From: Oikopleura dioica
Lineage: Eukaryota > Animalia > Chordata
Assembly (NCBI GenBank): GCA_907165135.1
Contig: OU015567.1
Coordinates: 2,542,001-2,606,000 of the forward strand
Direction: 5' to 3'
Length of the DNA stretch: 64,000 nucleotides
Shown here: positions 1 to 11,110 of the stretch, piece by piece
Numbering within the stretch: position 1 is the first letter of the stretch
Layout: the number at the start of each line of letters is the position of its first letter
Made by a program: the position numbers and the translations under genes
The notes under the pieces: generated by a model
Told to the model about the DNA's origin: nothing
The model's database searches: none
The model's input: only the letters and a program-made list of their open reading frames with translations

Positions 1-127
1 GCAACTTTTCTTGTATAATAAATGAAAACATTTTTAATCAACCCTTTTTATTGCTCAAAAATATTGAAAATTGTCCGTTAAATACAGTCACAATCCGTCA
101 ATTACCGTCAATCGCCATCAAAAATGC

Positions 128-532
128 CTAATAGTCGCGGAATAGCTCGTCCAAATCGCTCAATCTGTTCAAGTAGCGTCGATTCTGGCGATTTTGGGAG
201 TCGAAGTTATTGTAGAATTGTTGATTTTGGTAGGATGGCTTTTGGAAGTACTCCTGATTCTGCTCGAGGAAAAGGTCCAGGTTGCTTGGGAGGTTAAAGC
301 TAGAGCCGATGTTCTTTGGCTGGTTGAAGTTGTTGGCGCGGCCGTTGATTGGGACTTGGCTTGGGAAGTCGTTGTTGATTGCATCGAGGGCGAGGAGATA
401 TTCGAGATAAGCGTCTGAAGGGGTGTCTAGAAGGTCTATTTCTTCTTGAATCGCGTTTTCCGCCCTGTTAGAGCCGCGATATCGACTTGGTCGAGCGAAA
501 ATGGAGCTGAAGAGAAAAATTGATATTTTCAT
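128..532 (-). CDS. Small, probably secreted protein (134 aa, single exon), N/Q-rich, unknown function
   Basis: ORF MKISIFLFSSIFARPSRYR... with a short hydrophobic N-terminus, ATG start, stop, an RR site near the C-terminus and a nearby AATAAA-like 3' region; no family recognised. Confidence 0.6.
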   Translation of the reverse strand: MKISIFLFSSIFARPSRYRGSNRAENAIQEEIDLLDTPSDAYLEYLLALDAINNDFPSQVPINGRANNFNQPKNIGSSFNLPSNLDLFLEQNQEYFQKPSYQNQQFYNNFDSQNRQNRRYLNRLSDLDELFRDY

Positions 533-768
533 TTTCTTTTTCTATACAAGTTTTGAAGTTCTGAAGCCTGAGAAAGGCGGACTTGGTTAAATAGTCCTTG
601 AGGATTAGGCAAGATGACTTGTGACATTTTGGTAATCGTGACAAGTTTTTTTACTCATGATGAGTTTTGTTGCTCATTATACGAGACAGGTCGCATTTTG
701 AGGGGGATTTCGGAACACGGGCGAGTTTTTTTTTCATCGTCAGTTTATTCAATACATTAAAAAAGGAA

Positions 769-1500
769 CTAGTTCAGTTGGAAAAGCCGCATATAATCAT
801 TGTATTTATCCGAATCGCCAATCGGTGCGGGTCCTCCAAAATCTGAAAAAGAGCATAAGGATGATACAGTAAGATCGGATAACTTACAGCCTGCATCAGA
901 AGGGACGTCGTTTTTTGCGCTGTCTGACAGGAACATATTAATCGGCGACTCGAATCTTCTCATTCTTTGCATGTATTGCTATCAAAAAATATTACCGGCA
1001 CTCGATGAATTATTTATTCTTTGTTTCTAACGGTAATTGTCTGTCAGTAAGATTGACCTTCTTACTCATTAAAGGATGTTTTAAATTACCGAGTAAAAAT
1101 CTCAGGTCTTCATCATCAATGTAAATTTTTATGTATCTTAAATATCAAAATAATTTATCTTATTTAAAAACTATTTTTTTTTATGTTTTCAATCTCTGCC
1201 TTCATTCGAAATTGTCCACTCTAGGTGAGAGACTGTTTTTCCTGTTTTTGAACTTTCATTTAAAATCTGTACTTAGGGCTGACGAAGGTCCACTGAGACC
1301 GAAACGCGTCCCAAAAATAAATTTCAATCATCATATTTTTTTTAATCTCAAAATTTTTCAACTAAGAAATTATTTTTTCTTTTTATATTGAAAGAAAAAA
1401 TTAACACTTTATTTTGTAATCAACAATTTTTAAATCATCGATAAAATTATCTTACCGGTGATGCAATGAATAAAGGAAGAAAAAAGACAAAACTTTTCAT
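769..1500 (-). CDS. Small multi-exon secreted protein, unknown function
   Basis: Exon 1 MKSFVFFLPLFIASP (ATG 1500, GTAAG donor at 1455); exon YIDDEDLRFLLGNLKHPLM (GTAAG donor at about 1065); exons QYMQRMRRFESPINMFL...DAG and FGGPAPIGDSDKYNDYMRLFQLN-stop; some junction phases unresolved. Confidence 0.5.
1273..1316 (+). ncRNA. Minimal type I hammerhead ribozyme motif of the kind found in Penelope-like elements
   Basis: CTGACGA (1279-85), A, stem II GGTC/GACC with loop CACTGA, GAAA (1301-04), palindromic ACGCGT stem III, GTC cleavage triplet (1308-10), then AATAAA; stem I is imperfect (TTAGGG/CCAAAA). Confidence 0.6.
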
Positions 1501-1759
1501 AATTTCTTTGTTTTTTTTCAATTCTTATGTGGGAAACTCGATTACGCCAATTCAAGTAAGCGAGTGCCTTAAATATATCGAAAGCGTCAAATATACATGT
1601 CCGCAAAGTGGCGCTAAAGAACGTCGGCGTGCATTATCCACGTTATCGCTTTTCTGCCAGAAAATAACAAAGAAGAATATTCAACTATATTTCTTGGTAA
1701 AAGTGACAGACAACGGGGGAAAAGAAACAGCGTATTTTTACAGTGAATAAATAAAAATT

Positions 1760-4700
1760 TCAAGATATAAAAAGTGTTTGTTCGTCGATTTTCGGCTCTC
1801 CAAAGTTGCTCTGAGCTCTGAAAACCGGGTCGACTCGAGAAATTGACAGCTCAGTAATATTTTGAACAGAAATGAGATGTCGCATAATCCCGGTCAAGAA
1901 TTTTGCAGAATGATGAACTTGAGTTGGCGATAATTGCGCGCGTTTCAAAACGAACGATTCCGCAGTTTTTGAAGAAATTGAGAAAGAAAGAGTACTGCAC
2001 GAGGCTGGAAGCGCAAGGGACGGATTCGGCCAGTTGGAGCCCCAAATAAAGGAGCTATTTGAGTTCATTTTGAGAAATTTTAGAAAATTTTTTTGGAAAA
2101 TACCGGTCAGAGCTGTCGAGTTTGAACCTGATTATTGGTCAAAAAATAACGATGAATTGAACATGAACCTTTCTATTTATCGAATTTGAATATTCAATGT
2201 ATTTAAATGGACTCAGAAAATGAATTTATTCTTCAAAACGAAGTACACGACTTAATACATATTCTACATATGCATCGAATTATCATCCAGTCATCAAAAA
2301 ATTTTAATGTATTCGTGAGCGTCAAGAACACATCTCAGTATGTTCATCTATTATCGCGACGAGTCAGCTGATGCCCAAATATTAATAGGATTAAGACGTA
2401 TCGAATTCGCGTCAGAAGTAATCTCTCCTCTAAAATGAACCCTCCTTCGATCAAAATATTCTGGCAGCGCTGGTTCTTCTAACGACTCCAGACAGACCAG
2501 GTCATTTTGTTGAAGCCCAGGGCCGAGGATTTCCCGAAAAAGGCGGCGGATATTCAGTCTCATTGTGTCCCTGAGAATCGTGACGGTTTCAAGCGTGTCT
2601 GAATGGCAGTTTTCTTTGACATAGTTGAGCGCGGAAAAGATAGCTTCAGACTTTCAAGGGATTAAGATTCATAATTCATCGGAAAAATCGGTAGACAAGA
2701 TTGTAGTCCCTTTCCTCGAATCCAGGGTAATCTCGGCTGACATTTGCCGTCATAAGCTGTGTACCTTGAGCGGAGACTTTTTGTTCTTTTCCAGCTAAAA
2801 AGACGAGTTCGAAGCTACCGACAAACAGCTGCCCGTCGGATTGAAAACTTGAGCGGAGTTTTTCACGATTTTCCGCTGAATTTGTGCTGGAAACGACGAA
2901 AATAAGATGTTTTGTTGAAAATTTACAGACGCCGGAATCCGGGGCGGAAAGAATTTCAGGGATCGTGGAAAAATCTGGAGTTGAAGAAACAAGGTATCGT
3001 GTTGGAAATGTTAGTCCTGGAGCGTCTTGAGAAAGCGATTCCAAAAATGCAGATCGAAGCCCTTCAAGAGAATACGAAGTGATCGGCTGTTTTCACTGTC
3101 AAGAACAAGTGACGCGATGAAAAATAAATTCAAGGAGAACCAAGTTTGCTTTTATTTTTTGCACGTTTTAGCACTTGAGAAGAATCAACAAAATATTTTG
3201 TTCTTGACATTTTCCTTGAAAGGAGCAATTTTCGTTGTTTGCTTCTTTTCCTTGAGAAGCATTAGTGCTTGTTCGTAAGTAAGCGTCGCCACACTTCGAT
3301 GAATAGCAACTGAGTCGTCTTTGCATTGGATTGCTCCTGTGCCCAGGCAAATCACAGTGTTATCCTTATTGATGCTCTCCATCAGAAACTTAAGGCCATC
3401 TGTCGAAACGGCTTTATTTCATTTTGAGAAAATGGGCGATTTATAGATTTTGGTAAACGAGATTAGGGGCGACTTATCGCACTTATATATTTTTAAGAAA
3501 AGCCATTAGCGATCCTCTTTTTCTACTGTATCAAAGACTGTAAAAAATAAAATTCAACTGTAATACCTCTTTTTCTTGTTCAACAAAGTTCAACCAAATT
3601 AATCATCATTTAAAAGCCATAAATTCTAATAGAAAAAGCCGTTTCCTTGATTGAGAAGAATGAACGAGCTGTGAAGTAGAATGAGAATATCTACTGGAGA
3701 AACTTGCGTTTCTATTTCTGCATTTTTCAGCATATCCAAAGGAAGACTGGAAAGAATTCGTTTCTTGGACGCTCGAAGATCACCGAAATTTCGATCGAGA
3801 GTTGAGGCCTTACTTTGAGCACTCATCAGATTCTTTATTAAGTTGATTGAAACCAAATAGTTATGCTAGTGAATGCTTCGATAAAAAAGTAGATGTTCGC
3901 AAAACATACGACGCAAATTGAAAAGCACTTTTTGGTATTATTGTTATATAACTGTCATTACTCTAATTTTTATGGATTAAAATTTTCAAGAATCTGTTCC
4001 TAGGTGAAGCCAGAACAAAGCGAATGTTTATCTTCGGCTTCTCATTCTTCCATGAGCTTAAAATCGAATTGTACCATTGGCGCTGGATCATTCGGATGAT
4101 TGTTGATGAATTTCCCCGCTCATTAATCGGGATCAGAAGGCTTCAAACAAGAAATTAAATATATACAACAACCCATCTTTTGAGTTCAAGATAGGATGAA
4201 AATGAAATAACAAAGTTAGCGGTCTTCGTCCAACAAAGCTTGTAATGAAATATTGAGAATATTAAAAAGAGAGCGGACAGAATCGCAAATCTACTGTTTT
4301 ACTTGGATAAAACGCGATTGACAAAGCTGTCTGCACTTGAAAATTAGAAAAAGACACAGGAGTTATTTCCACTAGACTAGGTCGTATGCTCAAGTTCATT
4401 GACACAATGAACTTTTTACAGAAAAATACTGTCATGAAATAAGAAAAAAGAGTGTCTTTTAGAAACCCAAAGGATTCGAACAACAGGACATGGAACCCCT
4501 AAATCAAATAAAAAATTCAGATTTTTGAGTCTGTCTTTGTGCCAATTGAACAAAACATTTGCGGGTTTAATCGTGCAGTTTTTTGCATCTTGGTTTGTCA
4601 TTTTGGCGAAGCGAAATCCGGTAAAATACATTACAACAGGGTTTGAAATCTGACGAGCTCACGAGCACGTGAGCACGTGAGTGAGCTCGATGAGCATGCT

Positions 4701-6008
4701 CACGCGTGCTCATGCACACAGAATTCTGCGCCCTTCGTGCTCACGCGTGCTCATGCTCACCAATTATAGAGCACAGTCGTGCTCACGCGAGCTCATGCTC
4801 ATGGATCTCTGGAAGGGCAAATTCTGTGCTCATGAGCACGTGAGCGCGTGCTCATAGCTCACATTTTGACGTGCTAACAGTCGTTTACGACTCAAATTGG
4901 CAAATTTTATAAGCAGTTCTAACTTGGGGTTGCGCTGGCGGGATTTTTGGGCAGTCTCAGCCCCGTTCCTTGATTTCTTAATTTAAGGGGCTTGACGGCC
5001 CTTCGGGCCGTCTCAGCCCCGTTCCTTGATTTCTTAATTTAAGGGGCTTGACACTCACGCGTGCTCGTGCTCACGCAAAATTTTCAGATTTCAAACCCTG
5101 CATTACAACAGCTTACCTTGCATATCGAGAAAAAGTCTACTCGATAAGATAAATATCCTGCGTAATTGACTCTTCAATATTATCCCGCAAAGTTCCCCCT
5201 TTTCAATAAAAAATGCATGTTCTCCCAATAAACCCCCGAAATCCGCGATTAATTTTCAGATAAAAGCAACATCTCCTCACCTTATTGTTTTCTCGCCCGG
5301 TTGTCGACCCTCTTCTGCTTCGATTTTCCTTGTTTCTGAATTGGCAGATAGTAGTTCTAACTTGGGAGTGGGAAGTTGTATGTTCTGATCGATGAAGTTT
5401 TCATGAATTTTCGAGAAATCGACGGTTTCGTCCGACTCTTTTTGAAATTTTGGGGAAACTTGCTGGCTTATCAGCTTGTTCATTAGCACATCTGATGTTT
5501 TTTCAAGGCCAAATGGGCCAAGATCATTCTTGTTTTCATTTTGTTGAGATCTGACAAAGGGTTGACGAGAATTTTTATAGAGAAAAAAGGTCGATCATCT
5601 TTATTTTTTTACTTATAATCACCCTCAATTATCATTTGTCAACCCTAACCTGAAAGAATTGATGTCTTGATAGTCATCATTCTCATTTACAAGCCTCTGC
5701 GATTCCGGTTTGTCGAGATATCCATTCAAACTTGACCATTTCTCTGCCCATTCTTTCTCCAAATTGTGAACAAGTTTTATAAAAAACGTCAAAACAAAAA
5801 CACAAATCGTCGCGACAAAAATTTCCAGCCGCGGTCTCGATTTTCCAAAGCATAAAAAACTTGACTTCGATCGTGATCGCTTCTTTTTGCCTCTTTTGCT
5901 TTTATAATTCGGCGTTGCTCTCATTCTCTGAGCATGAAAAGGGTTTTTGACTAGCTCGGATATGCTTCCTGGCGAGTGATCTCGAGCATGTTTAGGTTTA
6001 ATTAACAA
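1760..6008 (-). CDS. Divergent type II Golgi glycosyltransferase family 31 (B3GALT-like) gene with two degenerate GT31-like segments (one gene or two tandem genes)
   Basis: N-terminal TM (EIFVATICVFVLTFFIKLV); segments resembling GT31 motifs: LIFVVSSTNSAENREKLRSSF, VFLAG, ERDYNLV, ALNYVKENC, QCKDDSVAIH, PASCST.SFSIS, FLTGIMR; many short introns. Confidence 0.5.
4637..5100. mobile_element. Non-autonomous hAT-type MITE (464 bp) inside an intron of the GT31-like gene
   Basis: Perfect 17-bp TIR CAGGGTTTGAAATCTGA / TCAGATTTCAAACCCTG; 8-bp TSD CATTACAA (4629-36 and 5101-08); many subterminal GAGCAC/GTGCTC/GAGCTC motifs; no ORF. Confidence 0.9.
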
Positions 6009-6255
6009 GTGGTCAGAGGGTCGACTTGAAAAAAAAGTTTGTCCGAGTAGTGCCGGGGATCGCCCCGGGCCGCGCTGGACGGGGTTGAATTATCGGATCT
6101 GCTTTCGAATCCAGGGTGATGTTTTAATCCGATAATGCTCCTCTCTTTGAATTTCAACAAATTTTGAGCATTTTTACTAGGCTAAAGTTTTCAAGAAAGT
6201 CCCAGACAAATTAATAAAAATATTATATATATATTATATATATAAAAAATTAATA

Positions 6256-6540
6256 GTGATTATCAAAATTGCCATTTTGACAACCTTCACCACCGGTGCC
6301 CCCGCTATCGAAGAGTCCACAATCGTCGAAAACACTAGACCTTACCCTCAGTTCATTCGATTGATGCTGAACTTTAACCCTTCCTTCGACGAAAGAAAAT
6401 ACTTCACGTTTGGCTGTCATTGCAATATTTTTAAGGGAAACATTTGCGATAAACCGTCAAAGACGACATGACAATGATGATCATCTATTCTAGTGTTACT
6501 CAACTCCAACCGGACCTGCCTCAATTTACAACTCTTAGGG
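6256..6540 (+). pseudogene. Inverted, internally deleted paralog of the PLA2-like gene at 6899-7792
   Basis: MIIKIAILTTFTTGAPAIEE...FNPSFDERKYFTFGCHC matches exon 1 of the neighbour; 6493-6540 matches its last exon (CCAACCGGACCTGCC) with an indel and early stop; the central exon is absent. Confidence 0.7.
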
Positions 6541-6898
6541 TCCTTGTTGTTTTCAGTGAAATTTTGCAAAACAAAAGAAACAAACTATTTTTATGATTTT
6601 TTATTAAAAATTGGTTTTACAAAGAAAAATCCATCGCGTTTGCTGAGCATCATTCTTCTCGGGCCAGTTGATTAGATTTCTTCTCATCTCTTCGCGGCGA
6701 ATCGACTGTACATTTTGTGTTTTTTTATGTGCGTTGGGTGTTTTTTTAATTGATTTTTTTCTGATTTATGAAAGAATTTACAAAGTAGATTGTTGATATT
6801 ATGGGCATACGAAAACTTTGTGCTTGATAGTGTTCAAAATAAAAGCTAGCTGCATTAATACTTTTGATTATTAAAATTGGCATCTATCTTTTCTAGCA

Positions 6899-7792
6899 CT
6901 AGCACTGTCCAAGAGGCTTGATGGTTCCGTTGGCACAGCATTCTTTAGTAAGGGCGTTGAAGATTGCGGCAGGTCCGGTTGGTGTTCCGCAGCACTAGAA
7001 ATCAGGGTTTGAAATTTGTAAAGCAAGAGAAAATTGTCAATTCCATTATTTCGAAGCTAACCTGTGGCTCAACAGCTCCTCCTGTGCTAGAAAGGCACTG
7101 GCTCTCTCCATCCCAACCAGTTGTCGAGTAGAACATGTGGTAGTCCTCGTTGTAGACGGCGATGGCATCAACGTGGTTCCTAGCGAACATGGCGTCGCAC
7201 TCGCAAAGGGCTCGACCGCAAGTGCCAGCGTCGTCTCGGCACTTTTGCTTGCTGATGTTGAAGTTGTACTCGACAAACTCGCCGATGCACATGTCGCCGT
7301 AGGTTTCTCGAGCGCACTTGAGGCAATCTTTGTAGGCCTTGCAAGTGGTGTCGAGAGCGTCGACGGGAGTTCCCTTGCCGGGCTGGGTCATTGGTCGATC
7401 ACCTTGTCGAGGGATTGAGAAGAGATCGAATGAGTTTGGCATAAGAAAAATGATAAAATTGAAATTTTAGGATTTTGATTGGCTAAAGGGTCAATTATAG
7501 TTTCTTCTAGCCAATCAGAAGCCGACTTAGTTATTCTTTTTGAAGCTCAATTTCATGATTTAAAACTCATAATTTTGATAAAATTTTAACTTTGGATCTT
7601 TTGTCAACCCTTTCCTAGCATAAGACAGTGGCATCCGTAAGTCCAGTAGTCTCTCTCGTCAAAAGTGGGATTGTAGAACTCCATCCAGCTAATGAGCTGA
7701 TTGTATCGTCTGTTGTTCTCGGCAGCAGCGAATTCTCCTTCGGCAGGGGCACCGGCGGCGAGAGTCATCAAAGTGGCGGTTTTGATCATCAT
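6899..7792 (-). CDS. Secreted phospholipase A2-like (otoconin-like) protein 1, catalytic His-Asp absent
   Basis: Signal peptide; YWTYGCHC, PVDALDTTCKAYKDC, CECD; C-terminal CCG...FN...CC.NGT; three exons (introns 7403-7614 GA-AG and about 6999-7060 GT-AG). Confidence 0.85.
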
Positions 7793-7892
7793 TTTTTGGT
7801 TTTGTGATTTGGAAAATTTACTCTCGAAAAAGGTTTTTTTGAGTTTTGTAAACTATTGATTTAGTTTGTTGGAGAATCTTCGGAAAGATGAT

Positions 7893-7903
7893 GCTTTTAT
7901 AGC
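7893..7903 (-). promoter_or_regulatory. TATA box upstream of PLA2-like gene 1
   Basis: GCTATAAAAGC on the minus strand about 100 bp upstream of the ATG; the same 11-mer lies upstream of PLA2-like gene 2. Confidence 0.6.
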
Positions 7904-10157
7904 GCGCGGAAAAACCGCGGACCACGCGGGATTGAGGGCGCGCGCGGGCTTAGGCGCTCAAGCCTGGTCGAGAGCGATCATGATTCTGACGATTTTGCTG
8001 AAAAATGTTAAAAATTGAAGGTAAGCATAAAGAGTTCAGACAACGATTTTTGAGTTATTCTTTCCTTAGATTTGATCTCTTCTCGTTTTGAATTTTTGCG
8101 AGGAAAAAGGCGTAACTGAGTCTTTGAAATAAAAAAGATTCAGGATAAAGTTTGACAAGAATAAAAATGACATGGGTTGGTTTAAATATTTTTGCCTATA
8201 TCGAAAAAAAATTAAATCATGAAGATCTTCCCTGATCTTGAGCATCCCTTTCTATTCTGTTTGAGAATCGCAAATCCGTTGTTAACATTTTTTGACAGAA
8301 CTTTGTTGAAATATGTGGTACAATGTAAGTAACGATCTGACTTTTTAACAATAACCTTGTGGTTACTCTGAGTTCATTTTAGAAAAGCCAACAAAGATCC
8401 CCCTCCTCTGTATGAATCAAAATTTTTGTACTCTGTTCGGCTTAAATTTTAATTTAAAATTTAAAATTTTCTAAATGAGCTTTTATCGTCTTTTGCGGCG
8501 CGTAACAACATATTGTTTAAAATGGCGAGATGGAAGGTGTTGCGGAGTTTTGAGGAGAACATATTGAGTTTATCTCGGGCGACCAAAAAGTCGTGTTCTT
8601 TGCCGAATTGGGACGTGGAAGATGGGGGAAAATTGACGCATTTTTGTAACGAGGTTCGATATGCCGCATTTATCGAATTTATTCAACTCCCATCGGGTTC
8701 ATCGTGGATCTTATCAATAATCTTTGGTTTCTTATCGGAAAGACCTTTCCTTTATTGACCAAGAGGACAGAAAATTGCGCCATTTAGTTTGAAATAAAAA
8801 GAAAGAATACTCGGTATTTCAGAGTTGACCGAGATATTTCCTCGAGTCGAAAAAACGGTCTTTCGTCATTAAAATTCTAAACTCTCCGAAATTGAAAAAT
8901 TGTCAAGTCATCCTCTCACATTTAATCCCGCTTACCCACCTCAAGATATCTCGCCCTCAAGATCTCGATAATCTCCGAAATTCGGATACAACGGTTTTTC
9001 GATTCCGTCAGTGTCAGCAAAAATCAAGATTTTGAACTCAAGTTCGACTTTTTAAGATTCCACAGCTTTTTTCTCTTATTATTTTTGATTGGAAAAATAA
9101 GGACCGTCACGTGGTCCAGAAAAACATTCAATTCATGAGGTTCTCGGTCAAGTTTAAAGGCTTCGATTTCTCGATTAAAATTAACTAAGAGTTCAGGTTC
9201 ATGACGTACAAAAACCGCGATGTTTGGTAAAATGGTTCCCTTCTGAATTTTCTTCGCTGACGATGTTTTTGCTTTAACGAATCTTGAAATTCGGAAAATA
9301 AAATTGCTTTTTATGACTTACTGAGTGAGACCCTTATTTTCCGATCGTTTCTGGAACGCGGTAATTTGTCGTTTTTTGTGTTTTTAACGGTGTCACTTTG
9401 TTAATATGCAATTCTATTAATACTATGGAAAAAGATGAATTGTTAGGTGTACCCCCTTAACAAAAACCGCAACATGCGTTTCTACCGCAAATTCTTTCGG
9501 AAAACTACTTCAAGTACTGTTTTTCTTCGTTGGTTTTTGATTAAAGTGCTTAGACCCCGGAAAGAACAAGATAGGAAACTCTCTTTCTGAAGTGATCGCA
9601 AATATTTACTTCGCGAGTGTCACGTGTCCAAAGTAGAGTTTTATCGTTAAAGAAATTTCAAGCGTTCTCGCCAAGAATGCGAAGGAGCTGTTGTCCAGGA
9701 ACTGACGCTAAAAATGTGGTCGAGGCGGCTCAGACAAAAAGCGTAATTGCACCTCTTGTCAACAACTGATTATCGCACCCGTTAGAATCGAAAGACACGT
9801 CAACCCATACTTTTCGTGATAGATTATGTAAGTCCGATGAAACGGGATTTTCGCTGAGCTCGGCAGCCTGTGTAAAAACCTGAGTCAGGGTTTCAAAGAT
9901 CCCTTAAAAAAGCCTCAAAATTTCATTCGCCATCAATTTTCAAATTCTGGCAAAGGGGCTTTCTCTTCGCGGCTTTTCATATCAGACTTTTAAGGCATTT
10001 ACTCAAATTTTCTGCACAGGTTCCTGAGCCCATATTAACAGTCTTGTTATGAATAGCTTCGGCTAGCTCAATAAAACGAGATAATTAGACAAAAGGCCTG
10101 GTTGAAACATGGATCATCAAGTCGTTTTTGAATATAATCTTCATTTCTTTAGCAAAA

Positions 10158-10496
10158 ATGCAGAAAAGCGTAATTATAAATTTAGTTTTGATGCTTATTT
10201 GGATCGTTCTATGGAGAATCGGAATCAATCAAGATAGAGAGAGGCAAACAATTTTGGAAAATTCGGAGAAAAATCTTGCAGAAGCAAAAAAGTTGCTTGA
10301 AGAGATTCAAAAGTATCCAAAACACTGCGAGGAGAAACAGAAACTTGTAGAAATGCTGCGTGAGTGCTCGAACTTGCTCATTGAGGCGCATTGCCAATGG
10401 ATTCCATCAAATATCGAGAGAAATCAACAATCGAACCAAGAAATTAATTTTGAAGCTCGAAAAATGAAAAAACTCTTAACAGAAATTCAGCAATAA
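10158..10496 (+). CDS. Small orphan protein with an N-terminal TM/signal anchor and coiled coil
   Basis: MQKSVIINLVLMLIWIVLWRIG followed by an E/K/L-rich helical region; double stop and AATAAA directly after. Confidence 0.45.
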   Translation: MQKSVIINLVLMLIWIVLWRIGINQDRERQTILENSEKNLAEAKKLLEEIQKYPKHCEEKQKLVEMLRECSNLLIEAHCQWIPSNIERNQQSNQEINFEARKMKKLLTEIQQ

Positions 10497-11110
10497 TAAA
10501 ATTGAAAAAAAAACAATCGGTATTTGTCTTTTTACTGCAATTCGTTTGCTTTTAAGGTCTCGAGAGAAAGTTTTCATAAGATTCGGCAATGTCGTAAGCT
10601 AATGAGAGCATTTTCACGAGGAGAGTGCGAGAGGTACTCGAGATAAGACGAGAATTTCTGAATAGAGCGGCAACTTGGATGTGATTTAAAAACGTGTCTC
10701 AAGGCTAGGCACAGTTATGAATCATTTTCATAATACCTTTTTACGCTTCATTTTCTATCTATTTTTTGTAAAAAATCTTGAAAATTGCCCCTTTTGTTAA
10801 AAAATGCTCGCGAAATGTCAAATATAAGCTCGAGCGGGCATTTGTAAAAACAAACTCTCCTCAATCTCTCTCTAAATTTTAAGATATCGATAGGTTGAAT
10901 TGAAAAAAAATGAGCAGTTTTGTCTGCAAGACAGAGAAATAGGAAGTTTCATAAACCTTAGAAATAAAGGGTCAGTTTACTATTGGTACTTTGTGAGGTA
11001 GCTCGTGCCCTGGGGCGATTTCCGGGCCTCTAGAATCGCAAAGTTCGCTTGATTACAGGTTTTCACTTAAAATATTAGGCATATTTCTTCAATTTACGCG
11101 TAGAAAAGAG

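Noticed and set aside
169-418. Overlapping ORFs 169-384 and 194-418, and similar shadow ORFs (7137-7418, 22559-23050, 45410-45709, 55966-56394, 61893-62249, 62155-62787)
   Set aside because: They are alternative-frame or antisense shadows of better-supported coding exons
7003-7015. CAGGGTTTGAAA, identical to the start of the 4637 MITE TIR
   Set aside because: Only 12 bp, with no partner TIR or TSD; it lies in a short intron and is probably chance
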